The notes under the pieces: model-generated
Told to the model about the DNA's origin: nothing
What the model saw: only the letters and a program-made list of their open reading frames with translations
Database searches by the model: none
In this document: piece after piece, positions 19,877 through 28,689 of the stretch
How positions within the stretch are numbered: position 1 is the stretch's first letter
How the letters are laid out: every line of letters starts with the position of its first letter
Source: an uncultured delta proteobacterium
GTDB taxonomy: Bacteria > Myxococcota_A > Polyangia > Palsa-1104
DNA: 64,000 nt
Assembly (NCBI GenBank): GCA_963785725.1
Contig: CAWAWS010000008.1
Location: 32,001-96,000, forward strand
Direction: 5' to 3'
Position numbers and translations under genes: made by a program

Positions 19877-20634
19877 TCGCTGGCTGGCGGCGGCGGCGCT
19901 GGCGACGCTCATGAGCGGCGGCGGCGCGCGCGCCGAGAAGGTCGACGGCTATCTGCCCAGCATCGACCTGAAGGCGCCGCAAGGCTGGCTGCCCGGCGCC
20001 ACCTTCACGGCGCGCCTGACCTGTCAGGACGCCGAAGGGCTGGCCGCCGCGATGGCGACCGGCTACGCGGCCGCGCGCGAGGGCGACAAGGTCAAGGTGC
20101 ACGTGACCGGCTATGCGCCGCTGCCGGGCGCGCCCGACGAGGCGCAGCGCAAGCCGAGCTTCCTCGTCGACTTCGACGATCCGCTGTTCACGCCGCTGCG
20201 CGCGACCATCGTGGCCAAATACGGCGAGCATCCGACGCCGGCGCAGCTGGCCGCGTTCACCGACGGCTACATCACCAACAAGGACTCGTCGCGGGGCGAA
20301 GATCTCGGCCTCGACCGTGGCGCGACGCAAAGAGGGCGACTGCACCGAGCACGCGGTGCTGCTGGCGGCGCTGGTGCGGCTGTTCGGCGGGGCGTCGCGG
20401 CTCGTCAACGGCGTCGCCTTCATCGTCGTCGACAAGAAGACGTATGCCTTCGGGCACGAGTGGGTCGAAGTGGAGGTCGGCGGCAAGTGGCAGCCGTTCG
20501 ATGGCACGCGTCCGACCGAGCGGCCCGACGGTCATTGGCTGCCGGTGTCCATCGTCGTCGACGAGAGCATGCGGCGCGGCAAGGCGGCCATGCACATGAT
20601 GCAGCTGCAGCCGATGCAGATTACGATCGAGTAG
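19857..20634 (+). CDS. Secreted transglutaminase-like domain protein, frameshifted near 20307 (probable sequence error)
   Basis: Removing one G in GATCTCGGCC joins ...SRGEDL to ASTVARRKEGDCTEHAVLL...GHEWVEV...WQPFDGT, giving a Cys-His-Asp triad. Confidence 0.8.
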
Positions 20635-20675
20635 CCAGCCCGCCGCGCGGCCCGGTTGCTGCAATGGCGCCCGGC

Positions 20676-22100
20676 ATGCGACCTACGACCTTGCTCGTCC
20701 TCCTATGCTTCGGCGGCTGCGCGACCACGCCCGCCGACGGCGCGTCAGCGACCGCCTCCACCGTCGCTGACGCCGCCTGCACGACGCGCATCACCTACGG
20801 CGCCGCCTGGCTCCCCGGCGCCAACCATCCCGGCAGCTCCGACACCGTCAACGGCCTGGTGACTTGGGACGGCAGCTGTATCCCCGATGGATCGAATTCC
20901 TACGCGACGCTCTCCAACGGCTGGCAGCCGCACTTCAGCGGGCCCGGCTGCGTCATGGCCCTCGACAGCAGCTGCGCCGGCGCGCCGACGAGCTGCGCCA
21001 CGCGCGTCGGCTACGGCCCGGCGTGGCTGGCGCCGAGCGGCCACGCCAACCGCTTCGACGACGTCGCCGACCGTCTCTGGCCGAGCAACGTGTGCAGCGT
21101 CGCCGGTGCGCAGTCGTCCGAAGCGCTGTCCAACGGCTGGGTCCCCTATTTCAGCGGCAGCGCCTGTCAGCTCTCGATGCGCTACGATCAATGCGGCGGC
21201 CTCTACGACAACCCGGTCATCGCCGGCAACTTCCCCGATCCGGGCGTGCTCCACGACGGCAACCAATACGTCCTCGTCACCACCTCGGGCGACGCCGCCG
21301 ACGCCTTTCCCATTCGCACGTCGACGGACCTCGTCAACTGGACGGCGGTCGGCTTCATCTTCCCGGCGGGCCAGCATCCGGCGTGGGCGGTGAGCGACTT
21401 CTGGGCGCCCGAGATCCACAAGGTCGGCAGCCACTACGTCGCCTATTACACGGCGCGCAACGCCGCCGGCAAGCTGAGCATCGGCGCCGCCACCGCGTCG
21501 AGCGCGACCGGACCGTTCACCGACCTCGGCCAGCCGCTCGTCACCCGCAGCGACCTCGGCGTCATCGACGCGACCGAATTCACCGCCGCCGACGGCACCA
21601 ATTACCTCGTGTGGAAGGTCGACGGCAACGCGGTCGGACAGCCGACGCCCATCTTCGGCCAACCGCTCAGCGCCGACGGCCTGACGCTGACCGGCGCGGC
21701 CGTGCAGCTCATCACCAACGATCGCGCGTGGGAAGGCGGCGTCGTCGAGGGCCCGTGGGTCGTGCAGCGCAACGGCGCCTATTGGCTGTTCTACAGCGGA
21801 AACTCCTACGCCAATTCCACGTACGCCGTCGGGGTCGCGCAGGCGGCGTCGCCGCTCGGGCCGTACACGAAGCTGGCGGCGCCCATCGTCACCAGCAACG
21901 GCGACTGGATCGGCCCCGGCCACTGCTCGGTCGTCGACGGGCCGAGCGGCGGCGACTACATGGTCTACCACGCCTGGCTGCCCGGCCACGTCAACGGACC
22001 CGGCGACGGCCGCCAAACGCTCGTCGACCGCATCGTGTGGAGCGCCGCCGGCCCGTCGCTGCTGGGCGCGCCGTCGGTGCATTCGCGTCCGCTGCCGTAA
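20676..22100 (+). CDS. GH43 glycoside hydrolase lipoprotein with two N-terminal Cys-containing repeats
   Basis: Lipobox CFGGC; NPVIAGNFPDP, WAPEI, IDA, VEGPW and GPGHCS GH43 motifs; start at 20664 or 20676. Confidence 0.88.
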   Translation: MRPTTLLVLLCFGGCATTPADGASATASTVADAACTTRITYGAAWLPGANHPGSSDTVNGLVTWDGSCIPDGSNSYATLSNGWQPHFSGPGCVMALDSSCAGAPTSCATRVGYGPAWLAPSGHANRFDDVADRLWPSNVCSVAGAQSSEALSNGWVPYFSGSACQLSMRYDQCGGLYDNPVIAGNFPDPGVLHDGNQYVLVTTSGDAADAFPIRTSTDLVNWTAVGFIFPAGQHPAWAVSDFWAPEIHKVGSHYVAYYTARNAAGKLSIGAATASSATGPFTDLGQPLVTRSDLGVIDATEFTAADGTNYLVWKVDGNAVGQPTPIFGQPLSADGLTLTGAAVQLITNDRAWEGGVVEGPWVVQRNGAYWLFYSGNSYANSTYAVGVAQAASPLGPYTKLAAPIVTSNGDWIGPGHCSVVDGPSGGDYMVYHAWLPGHVNGPGDGRQTLVDRIVWSAAGPSLLGAPSVHSRPLP

Positions 22101-22162
22101 GCCGTCGCGCGCGGCGCGCCGGCGTTGTGCACCGCGCGCGATCGGCAGCGGCGGCAGGCTCG

Positions 22163-22763
22163 TCACCAGCCGGAGCCGACTTGCGCGGCCTGGTCGAGCT
22201 CCCACGTCGCCTGCTTCGGCCGCGCGGCCCACCACGCGCGGCCGAGCCAGGCGTCGAGCGACCAGCGACCGGGGCCGGCGAGCAAGAGGAAGCTCACCGT
22301 CAGAAGCTGCGCCCAGTCGGAGCGCGTCTCGTGCATCACCGCCCAGAACCCGATGCGCGGCGGCGCCGGCGGCAACGGCAGCGGCGAGGTCCCGAGATAG
22401 AGCGAGATTCTTGGTCGTCAGGATCGCCACGATCATCTCGACGATGAAGATGACGGCGGTCAAGCGCGTCAGCAGCCCGGCGATGAGGCAGAGCCCGCCC
22501 ACGATCTCGAGGCCGCCGACGAACGTCGCCGTCGCGTGCGGCCAGGGAAAGCCGAGCTTGGTGAAGCGGCCGACCCCTTGATTGGTGTAGACGAACTTCA
22601 AGATTCCCTCGGAGAGAAAGACGCCGCCGGCCATCAGCCGTAAGAGCACCGTCGCTGCGTTGCCCGCGACCGGCGGGTGCACCATCCACTCGTACAGGGC
22701 CCGAATGCTCCAGGCGTTGCTGTTGATACTGCTGTTGCTGTTGCTGCTTTTCGTGGCGCGCAT
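22163..22763 (-). CDS. DoxX family membrane protein, frameshifted near 22408
   Basis: [27 protein letters not shown]...GGLEIVGG...GLLTR; removing one base joins TTK to [14 protein letters not shown]...GPGRWSLD. Confidence 0.85.
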
Positions 22764-22783
22764 TTGAAACCTCCCGAGGTCCC

Positions 22784-22808
22784 AACGCGGCAACGGCGCG
22801 ATCGTTCC
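22784..22808 (-). promoter_or_regulatory. ECF sigma promoter GGAAC-N16-CGTT for the DoxX gene
   Basis: Minus strand reads GGAACgatcgcgccgttgccgCGTT, about 20 nt before the DoxX ATG. Confidence 0.65.
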
Positions 22809-22844
22809 CGAGTCATTCGCGCCACCCATCGTCACGAAAAGCCG

Positions 22845-22869
22845 GGAACGAATCGGCGCCTCGGCCGTT
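22845..22869 (+). promoter_or_regulatory. ECF sigma promoter GGAAC-N16-CGTT for the sigma/anti-sigma operon
   Basis: GGAACgaatcggcgcctcggcCGTT, with the same spacing as the divergent copy. Confidence 0.65.
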
Positions 22870-22958
22870 GCGATCGGCGAGTGGAGGGAATTCGCGACAG
22901 CCATGCGCGTGCGGCTCGGCGACTGCTCCGCGTCGAACGGACGTGGTATGGCAGGGCG

Positions 22959-23513
22959 GTGGGCGGGGCGAATCGGCACGAAGGCGCCTCTTGGCTGGGT
23001 AACGAGGCGCTGGCGTACGCCGATCCGCTGCACAACCTGGCGCGCTATCTGACCGGCGACGCCAGCCAAGCGGAAGATCTGGTGCAGGAGACGTATGCGC
23101 GCGCCTTGGGCGCCGCCGATCGCTTCGATGGCCGGAACTTGAAGGCGTGGCTGTTCAAGATCCTGCGCAATACGTTCATCGATGTCTATCGCAAGCAGAA
23201 GCAGCATCCGACCACCGGCGGGCTGGACACGATCCATCCCGACCTCGCCGACGGGGCGCAGGGTGCGGGCGATGCCGAGCTCTTGCGCGACGACATCGAG
23301 ATTCACCAGCTGCGCCACGCGGTCGCGTCCGACATCGAGGCGGCGCTGATGGGCCTGTCGGAGGACGCGCGGACGGTCATCTTGCTCGACCTCGAAGGCA
23401 TGACCGAAGTCGAGGTGGCCGAGGTGCTCGGCTGTGCGATCGGGACGGTCAAGTCGCGGCTTTCCCGCGCGCGCACGATGCTGCGTCGCAAGCTAGAGGC
23501 CTATGCTCGTTAG
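22959..23513 (+). CDS. ECF RNA polymerase sigma-70 factor
   Basis: AEDLVQETY and [15 protein letters not shown] (region 2); [21 protein letters not shown] (region 4); start uncertain. Confidence 0.92.
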   Translation: MGGANRHEGASWLGNEALAYADPLHNLARYLTGDASQAEDLVQETYARALGAADRFDGRNLKAWLFKILRNTFIDVYRKQKQHPTTGGLDTIHPDLADGAQGAGDAELLRDDIEIHQLRHAVASDIEAALMGLSEDARTVILLDLEGMTEVEVAEVLGCAIGTVKSRLSRARTMLRRKLEAYAR

Positions 23514-23519
23514 GGGCGC

Positions 23520-24326
23520 GTGATGGAGCACAAAGAAGCGCAGGATCAACTGCTCGATTTTCAGCGTGGCCGGCTGCCGGAAGAGGCGCGTGCGCGCGTG
23601 GCCGCGCATCTCGAGGGCTGCGCCGAATGCCGCCGCGCCGCGGACGCCGAGGCGGCGCTGTCGAGCGCGCTCGAGAGCCGGCTGCCGCGTCATCCGGCGT
23701 CGCCGGCGCTGCAGGCGCGGCTGGCCGAGCGGCTGACGGCTCGCGAGCGGGCGCCGCGGCCGGCGCGACGCCGCTGGCCGCGCTATGTGGCGCCGCTGGT
23801 CAGCGCGCTGGCGGCGGCGGCGCTCGTGCTCGTCGGCGTGCGGCTGACGCAGCCGAGCTTCTTGCGCGCGGGGCTGACGGCCGGCGATCTGGTGGAGGAG
23901 GGCGTCAACGATCACTTGCGCGTCGTCGCCAGCGCGCACCCGATCGAGATCGAAGGCGGCGGGATTCATCAGGTCAAGCCGTGGTTCACGGGCCGCCTCG
24001 ACTTCGCGCCGCGCGTGTCGTTCGCCGGCGACGATCAGTTTCAGCTCGTCGGCGGCAGCGTCGGCTACTTCCGCGATCGCAAGGCGGCGGTGTTCGTCTT
24101 CAAGCTGCGGCTGCACACGATCTCGCTGTTCGTCTTTCGCGCCGAGGAGCTGCCGTGGCCGACGCGCGGCCTGACGCGCGTCGGGCCGCTCGACGTCGAC
24201 GTCCGCGTCTCGCGCGGCTTCTCGGTGCTCATGTGGCGCAGCGGCGAGCTCGGCTACTGCATGGTGTCCGACGTGAACCGCGCCGATCTGGAGGCGCTGG
24301 CGATCCGCGTGGCCGAGGGATCGTGA
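23520..24326 (+). CDS. Membrane-bound zinc anti-sigma factor (zf-HC2)
   Basis: HLEGCAEC (HxxxCxxC); one TM helix; HQVKPWFTGRLDF and VSDVN C-terminal motifs. Confidence 0.88.
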   Translation: MMEHKEAQDQLLDFQRGRLPEEARARVAAHLEGCAECRRAADAEAALSSALESRLPRHPASPALQARLAERLTARERAPRPARRRWPRYVAPLVSALAAAALVLVGVRLTQPSFLRAGLTAGDLVEEGVNDHLRVVASAHPIEIEGGGIHQVKPWFTGRLDFAPRVSFAGDDQFQLVGGSVGYFRDRKAAVFVFKLRLHTISLFVFRAEELPWPTRGLTRVGPLDVDVRVSRGFSVLMWRSGELGYCMVSDVNRADLEALAIRVAEGS

Positions 24327-24823
24327 GCGTGCAGCCGCGCCACGAGCGATAGGATTCGTCGGGCTTCCGTCAGTCCGTAAACGTAACCAGGTCTCTCCCA
24401 CTCGCAATCGCGGCGCGCAGGATCTCGAGCACGCCATGCTCAGTCATGGGCGCGCCTGCGCATCGGGCCGACTGCGCTCGTCGGGCAATTCGGGCCGCGT
24501 CAAACGATTGATGGAGGGAAAGTCGTCGGGCTTTGGAACGGCGATTGGCAATCTGTGATCGGCATTGGGCGAGGTGTGTCCGTCAAGTTCGCCTCGATCG
24601 CGACTGCTCTTAGCTGCGATCGAGATGCGACGAATTGTCGCATCGCCTCTTGTCGACTGGCTTAGATTGTCTGCTTAGATCAGTCAGTCGCGTGCACAAT
24701 GAACGAAGGTCGCTGTCGCTTAGCGATGTCGTTAGTCGTCTAAGGTTTATTGGTCACGCAGTGCAGGCTCGTCGCTCGGCGGAACCAGGGAATTGTGAGC
24801 GCGCTCGCGATCTCGGTTAGTGC

Positions 24824-24841
24824 TGTCTCTCTAATGAGACA
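24824..24841. promoter_or_regulatory. Palindromic operator-like site TGTCTC-TCTAAT-GAGACA
   Basis: Perfect 6-bp arms; matches 1861-1877 at 15 of 17 positions. Confidence 0.5.
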
Positions 24842-24921
24842 CTGCAATTCGACTAAAGACTTCTGTGCGATAGCGCAACTGCGCGTGGCTCGATTGTCGA
24901 GAACGAGAGTATCTTTACAAG

Positions 24922-26061
24922 GTGCGCGCTGGCCCAACGCCACTCTATAGCTTGATCCTTGCGCTGACAGTCGCGTCGTTGCCGGCTCATGCGCAAGGAG
25001 AGAACGCCGACGTGGGCGCGGCCGCGCGCGCCTTCCAGCGCGGCCAGCACGCGCAGCTGCACTCGCAGTTCGCGCGCGCGGCCTCGCTGTTCGAGCTCGC
25101 CGACGAGGCGGCGCCGTCGGCAGCGGCCTTGCGCAGCGCCATTCGCAACTGGGACGCCGCCGGCAATCCGGCGCGCGCCGCGACGCTGGCGCAGCGCGCG
25201 CTCGAGCGCTACCCGCACGACATCGCGACGGTGCGGCTGGCGGCCGGTCTGCTGACGCGGCGCACGCGCGCGCTCGGCTCGGTACGAGCGCACTGCGCGC
25301 CGGCGTGCGTGCTCGTCGTCGACGGACACTCGACGGCGCCGGCGCCGCTCGTCGATCACGATCTGTACGTCGCGCCGGGCGAGCACGCGCTCGTCGTCGA
25401 GTTCGAGGACGGTCGCAGCGCGCGCCAGCGGCTCAAGCTCGGCGCCGGCGAGCGTCGCGAGCTGTCGCTGGCGGCGCCGGTCGAGGTGGCGCGCCGCCAC
25501 GCGCCGGCGCGCGCCGCGACCGCCGAGGACGGCGACGACGACGACATGCCGGCGATCGACGACTCGGCCTGGGGCGCGCAGACGACGAGCGCGACGCCGC
25601 CGCCGCCGCGACCCGCGCCCGCGGCGGTCGAACGCGCGCCCGCGCCGGCGATCGCGCCGCCCGCCCTCGCCACCGTCGAGCTGACGCGCGGCCCCGAGCC
25701 GAAGCGCGATCGACGCGTGCCGCCGGTCGTGCCCGTCGTCGGTATCGGCCTCACGCTCGGCCTCGGCGCCGTGCTCGTCTGGTCCTACACCGACACGCTG
25801 TCGGCCAGCGCCCGCTACATCGCGCATCCGACCGCCGCCGGCTATCACGACGGGCTCGGCCGCGAATCGCGCACCTTCGGGCTGCTCGGCGGCGTCGCCG
25901 CGCTGGGCGTGACGACGCTGGCGGTCGCGCTCTTCGCCACCAACTGGCACGCGAGCTTCGCCGGCCGCGGCGGCCCCGACAAGCTGGCGCGCCGGATCTG
26001 GCCGACGGCGGGCGCGAGCGGCAGCGCCTGGTCGGTCGGTATCGGCGGCGTGCTCGAATAA
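24922..26061 (+). CDS. Secreted TPR/PEGA-like protein
   Basis: Signal peptide ending PAHA; TPR-like helices; LVVDG...VAPGEHALVVEF; hydrophobic C-terminal region. Confidence 0.7.
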   Translation: MRAGPTPLYSLILALTVASLPAHAQGENADVGAAARAFQRGQHAQLHSQFARAASLFELADEAAPSAAALRSAIRNWDAAGNPARAATLAQRALERYPHDIATVRLAAGLLTRRTRALGSVRAHCAPACVLVVDGHSTAPAPLVDHDLYVAPGEHALVVEFEDGRSARQRLKLGAGERRELSLAAPVEVARRHAPARAATAEDGDDDDMPAIDDSAWGAQTTSATPPPPRPAPAAVERAPAPAIAPPALATVELTRGPEPKRDRRVPPVVPVVGIGLTLGLGAVLVWSYTDTLSASARYIAHPTAAGYHDGLGRESRTFGLLGGVAALGVTTLAVALFATNWHASFAGRGGPDKLARRIWPTAGASGSAWSVGIGGVLE

Positions 26062-26063
26062 CC

Positions 26064-27605
26064 ATGAGCGGCGCGTTCTCCATCTCTCCCAGCTCCGAAT
26101 GGACCGTCGGTCGACGTCTCGACCGCTACGAGCTCCTCGGCGAGATCGCGCGCGGCGGGATGGGCACGGTGCTGTTGGCGCGCCTGGCCGGCGCCGGCGG
26201 CTTCTCGCGCCTGTTCGCCATCAAGATGCTGCACGCGCACCTCGCCGACGACGAGCACTTCGTCCACATGCTGCTCGACGAAGCGCACTTGGCGTCGCGC
26301 ATTCATCACTCGAACGTCGTGCCGGTCGTCGACATGTGTCGCAGCGAGCAGGGGCTCTACGTCGTCATGGAGTACGTCGACGGCTTCCCGTTCTCGCAGA
26401 TCTTGGCCTCGGCGGCGCTGACCGATCGCGAGCGCATCGCCATCGGCGTGCAGGCGCTGCTCGGCGTGCTCGGCGGCTTGGAGGCGGCGCACAACCTCGT
26501 CGACGACGACGGCGCGCCGCTCGGTCTCGTCCATCGCGACGTCTCGCCGCAGAACGTGCTCGTCGGCATCGACGGCTTGGCGCGGTTGGCCGACTTCGGC
26601 ATCGCCCGCGCCGCCGCTCGCTTGACGCACACCGAGCCGGGCACGCTCAAGGGCAAGCTCGCGTACATGGCGCCCGAGAGCGCGCGCGGCGAGCCGAGCG
26701 ATCGTCGCGCCGACGTCTTCTGCGCCGGCATCATGCTGTGGGAGTGCCTGAACGGCGGCCGGCTGTTCAAAGCCGACAACGAAGCGGCGACGCTGCTGCG
26801 ACTGCTGAGCGATCGCATCGCGCCGCCGCGACCGAACGCGACGGGCGCGGCCGCGGCGCTCGACGCCGTGTGCCTGCAGGCGCTCGAGCGCGACATCGGC
26901 CGGCGTTACGCCTCGGCGCACCAGATGGCAACGGCGTTGGCCACGGCCGCCGAGCAGGCCGGCTGTCTCATCTCGCCCATCGCCGTCGGTGATTTGCTGT
27001 GCGCGCGCTTCGCCAGCGAGATCGAGCGGCGGCGCGCCAAGATCCGCGGCATGCGCACGTCGCCGTCGCAGCCGGGGATCGACCTCGGCGCCGCGCTGCC
27101 GGCGCTGGCGACCACCTACGACGGCGAGCCTTCGAGCGCGAGCGCGTTCAGCCTGCCGCTGCAGATCACGGTCGAGACGATGATCGGTCACCTGTCGGCG
27201 CCGCAGCCCAAGGTGCGCACGCGGTTGAGCGCGGCGACGCTCGCGATCGTGACGTCGCTGTTGGTGGCGGTGGTGGCGGGCGGCATTTGGCTCCGGCGCG
27301 TCGAGCTCGGTCATGACCGCGCCACGCCGCCGACGGCTGCGACTGCGGCGACGGTCGCGCCGGTTCGGCCGGCGGTCGCGCCGACGCGTCCGGCCGGCGC
27401 GCCCGGCGCTGCGGCGGTCGCGCCGACTGCCGCGTCCGACTGTGCCGCGGACGCGACGGCGCCGGCCGGCGTCTGCCCGCCCGCGGGCGAGCCGACGCGA
27501 CCGGTCGCTCACGGCAGCCACGTCCATCACGGCAGCAGCAGCAGCTCGCGCCACGGTCACGGCAATCACGGCTCGCCGACGTTGGAAGCGAATCCGTACA
27601 TGTAG
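26064..27605 (+). CDS. Hanks-type Ser/Thr protein kinase, membrane anchored
   Basis: ARGGMGTV, AIK, HRDVSPQN, DFG, GKLAYMAPE; TM helix; NPY C-terminus. Confidence 0.95.
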   Translation: MSGAFSISPSSEWTVGRRLDRYELLGEIARGGMGTVLLARLAGAGGFSRLFAIKMLHAHLADDEHFVHMLLDEAHLASRIHHSNVVPVVDMCRSEQGLYVVMEYVDGFPFSQILASAALTDRERIAIGVQALLGVLGGLEAAHNLVDDDGAPLGLVHRDVSPQNVLVGIDGLARLADFGIARAAARLTHTEPGTLKGKLAYMAPESARGEPSDRRADVFCAGIMLWECLNGGRLFKADNEAATLLRLLSDRIAPPRPNATGAAAALDAVCLQALERDIGRRYASAHQMATALATAAEQAGCLISPIAVGDLLCARFASEIERRRAKIRGMRTSPSQPGIDLGAALPALATTYDGEPSSASAFSLPLQITVETMIGHLSAPQPKVRTRLSAATLAIVTSLLVAVVAGGIWLRRVELGHDRATPPTAATAATVAPVRPAVAPTRPAGAPGAAAVAPTAASDCAADATAPAGVCPPAGEPTRPVAHGSHVHHGSSSSSRHGHGNHGSPTLEANPYM

Positions 27606-27623
27606 CAACCCGAGGGCCCCACG

Positions 27624-28595
27624 ATGCATCGCGCCGTCCGCCTTTGTCGCCGTCTGTCTCGCCTCGTGGTCGTCGCTGCCGTCGTGGCGAGCGCGGGCTG
27701 TCACCTATTCGATCCGCGCCTGTTCGAGCAGCCCGGCGACGGCGGCCCGCCCGGCGTGGGCGGCAACGGCGGCGGCAGCGGCAATGGCGGCGGCACTAAC
27801 GGCGGCGGCGGCGGCGGCGGCAGTAACGGCGGCGGCGGCGGCGGTGGCGCGCCGAACGACCTCGGCGCCGGCGGCGGCGGCACGTCGGGCTCGTTGTGCG
27901 GCCGCTCCAGCCCGGTCAGCACCTGCCCCGGCAGCTTCCTCTTTTGCGACGGCTTCGAGAACGAGAGCGGCCAGACGTTCTCGCAGTGGAGCACCTTCTT
28001 CGCCGACGACTTCAAGGGCGGCGCCGCCAACCTCGGCACCACCATCGCCGTCGACAGCACCGAAGCCTGCCTCGGCGTCAACGCCTTGCACGCGAGCACC
28101 GGCGGGCAGAATCAGGAAGCGGTCGTCGTGCGCGACTTCACCGGCTGGCCCAACCCCGTCCACATTCGCTTCTTCCTCTTCATCAAGCAGCTCGGCTCGA
28201 AGTCGGGCCTGGTCGAGTTCCGCAACGGCAACGGCGATTTCTCGTCGCTCTTCGTCGCGCCACCGAGCGGCAGCGGCACGACGTCACACTTCGGCTTCGA
28301 GTCCATCTTCACGTCGAATCTGTCGACCATCGGCTCCGACCTCACGCTGGCGCACAATCAATGGCTGTGCGTCGAGCTGACGATGACGCTCGACGCCAAC
28401 AACGGCGCGGTGCACGTCGACCTCGACGGCAATGCGCTCGGCGACTTGAGCGGCCTCGAGACGCAGTCGAAGTCGGACGCCATGGACCGCATCGCCGTCG
28501 GGCCCATCACCGAGGACGACGCCGGCATCTTGGCGGTCAACGAAATCTACTTCGACGAAGTCGCGGTCTCGCCCAGCGCCATCGGCTGCATGTAG
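27624..28595 (+). CDS. Lipoprotein with a Gly-rich linker and a ConA/Cip1-like beta-sandwich domain
   Basis: Lipobox ASAGC; poly-Gly; FCDGFE, NQWLCVE and YFDEVAVS..IGC motifs. Confidence 0.7.
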   Translation: MHRAVRLCRRLSRLVVVAAVVASAGCHLFDPRLFEQPGDGGPPGVGGNGGGSGNGGGTNGGGGGGGSNGGGGGGGAPNDLGAGGGGTSGSLCGRSSPVSTCPGSFLFCDGFENESGQTFSQWSTFFADDFKGGAANLGTTIAVDSTEACLGVNALHASTGGQNQEAVVVRDFTGWPNPVHIRFFLFIKQLGSKSGLVEFRNGNGDFSSLFVAPPSGSGTTSHFGFESIFTSNLSTIGSDLTLAHNQWLCVELTMTLDANNGAVHVDLDGNALGDLSGLETQSKSDAMDRIAVGPITEDDAGILAVNEIYFDEVAVSPSAIGCM

Positions 28596-28689
28596 CCGCC
28601 CCGTCCACGGCGTGCAATGACGACGTCGCGTGATGCGCCTCATTGGAGCGTTCGAGTCGCCGTTCTAGGCTGCGACGAGGAGTGTGCCC

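Noticed and set aside
19857..22100. 747-aa ORF suggesting a novel fusion ending in GH43
   Set aside because: Artefact of the +1 frameshift near 20307. The middle segment is out-of-frame transglutaminase sequence, and the GH43 gene has its own start and lipobox at about 20676.
24635..24950. 60-67 aa ORFs in the low-GC region
   Set aside because: Atypical composition, no RBS, and they overlap putative operator sites
27760..27880. GGC-rich simple repeats (also about 8360-8465)
   Set aside because: Ordinary poly-Gly linkers inside exported proteins
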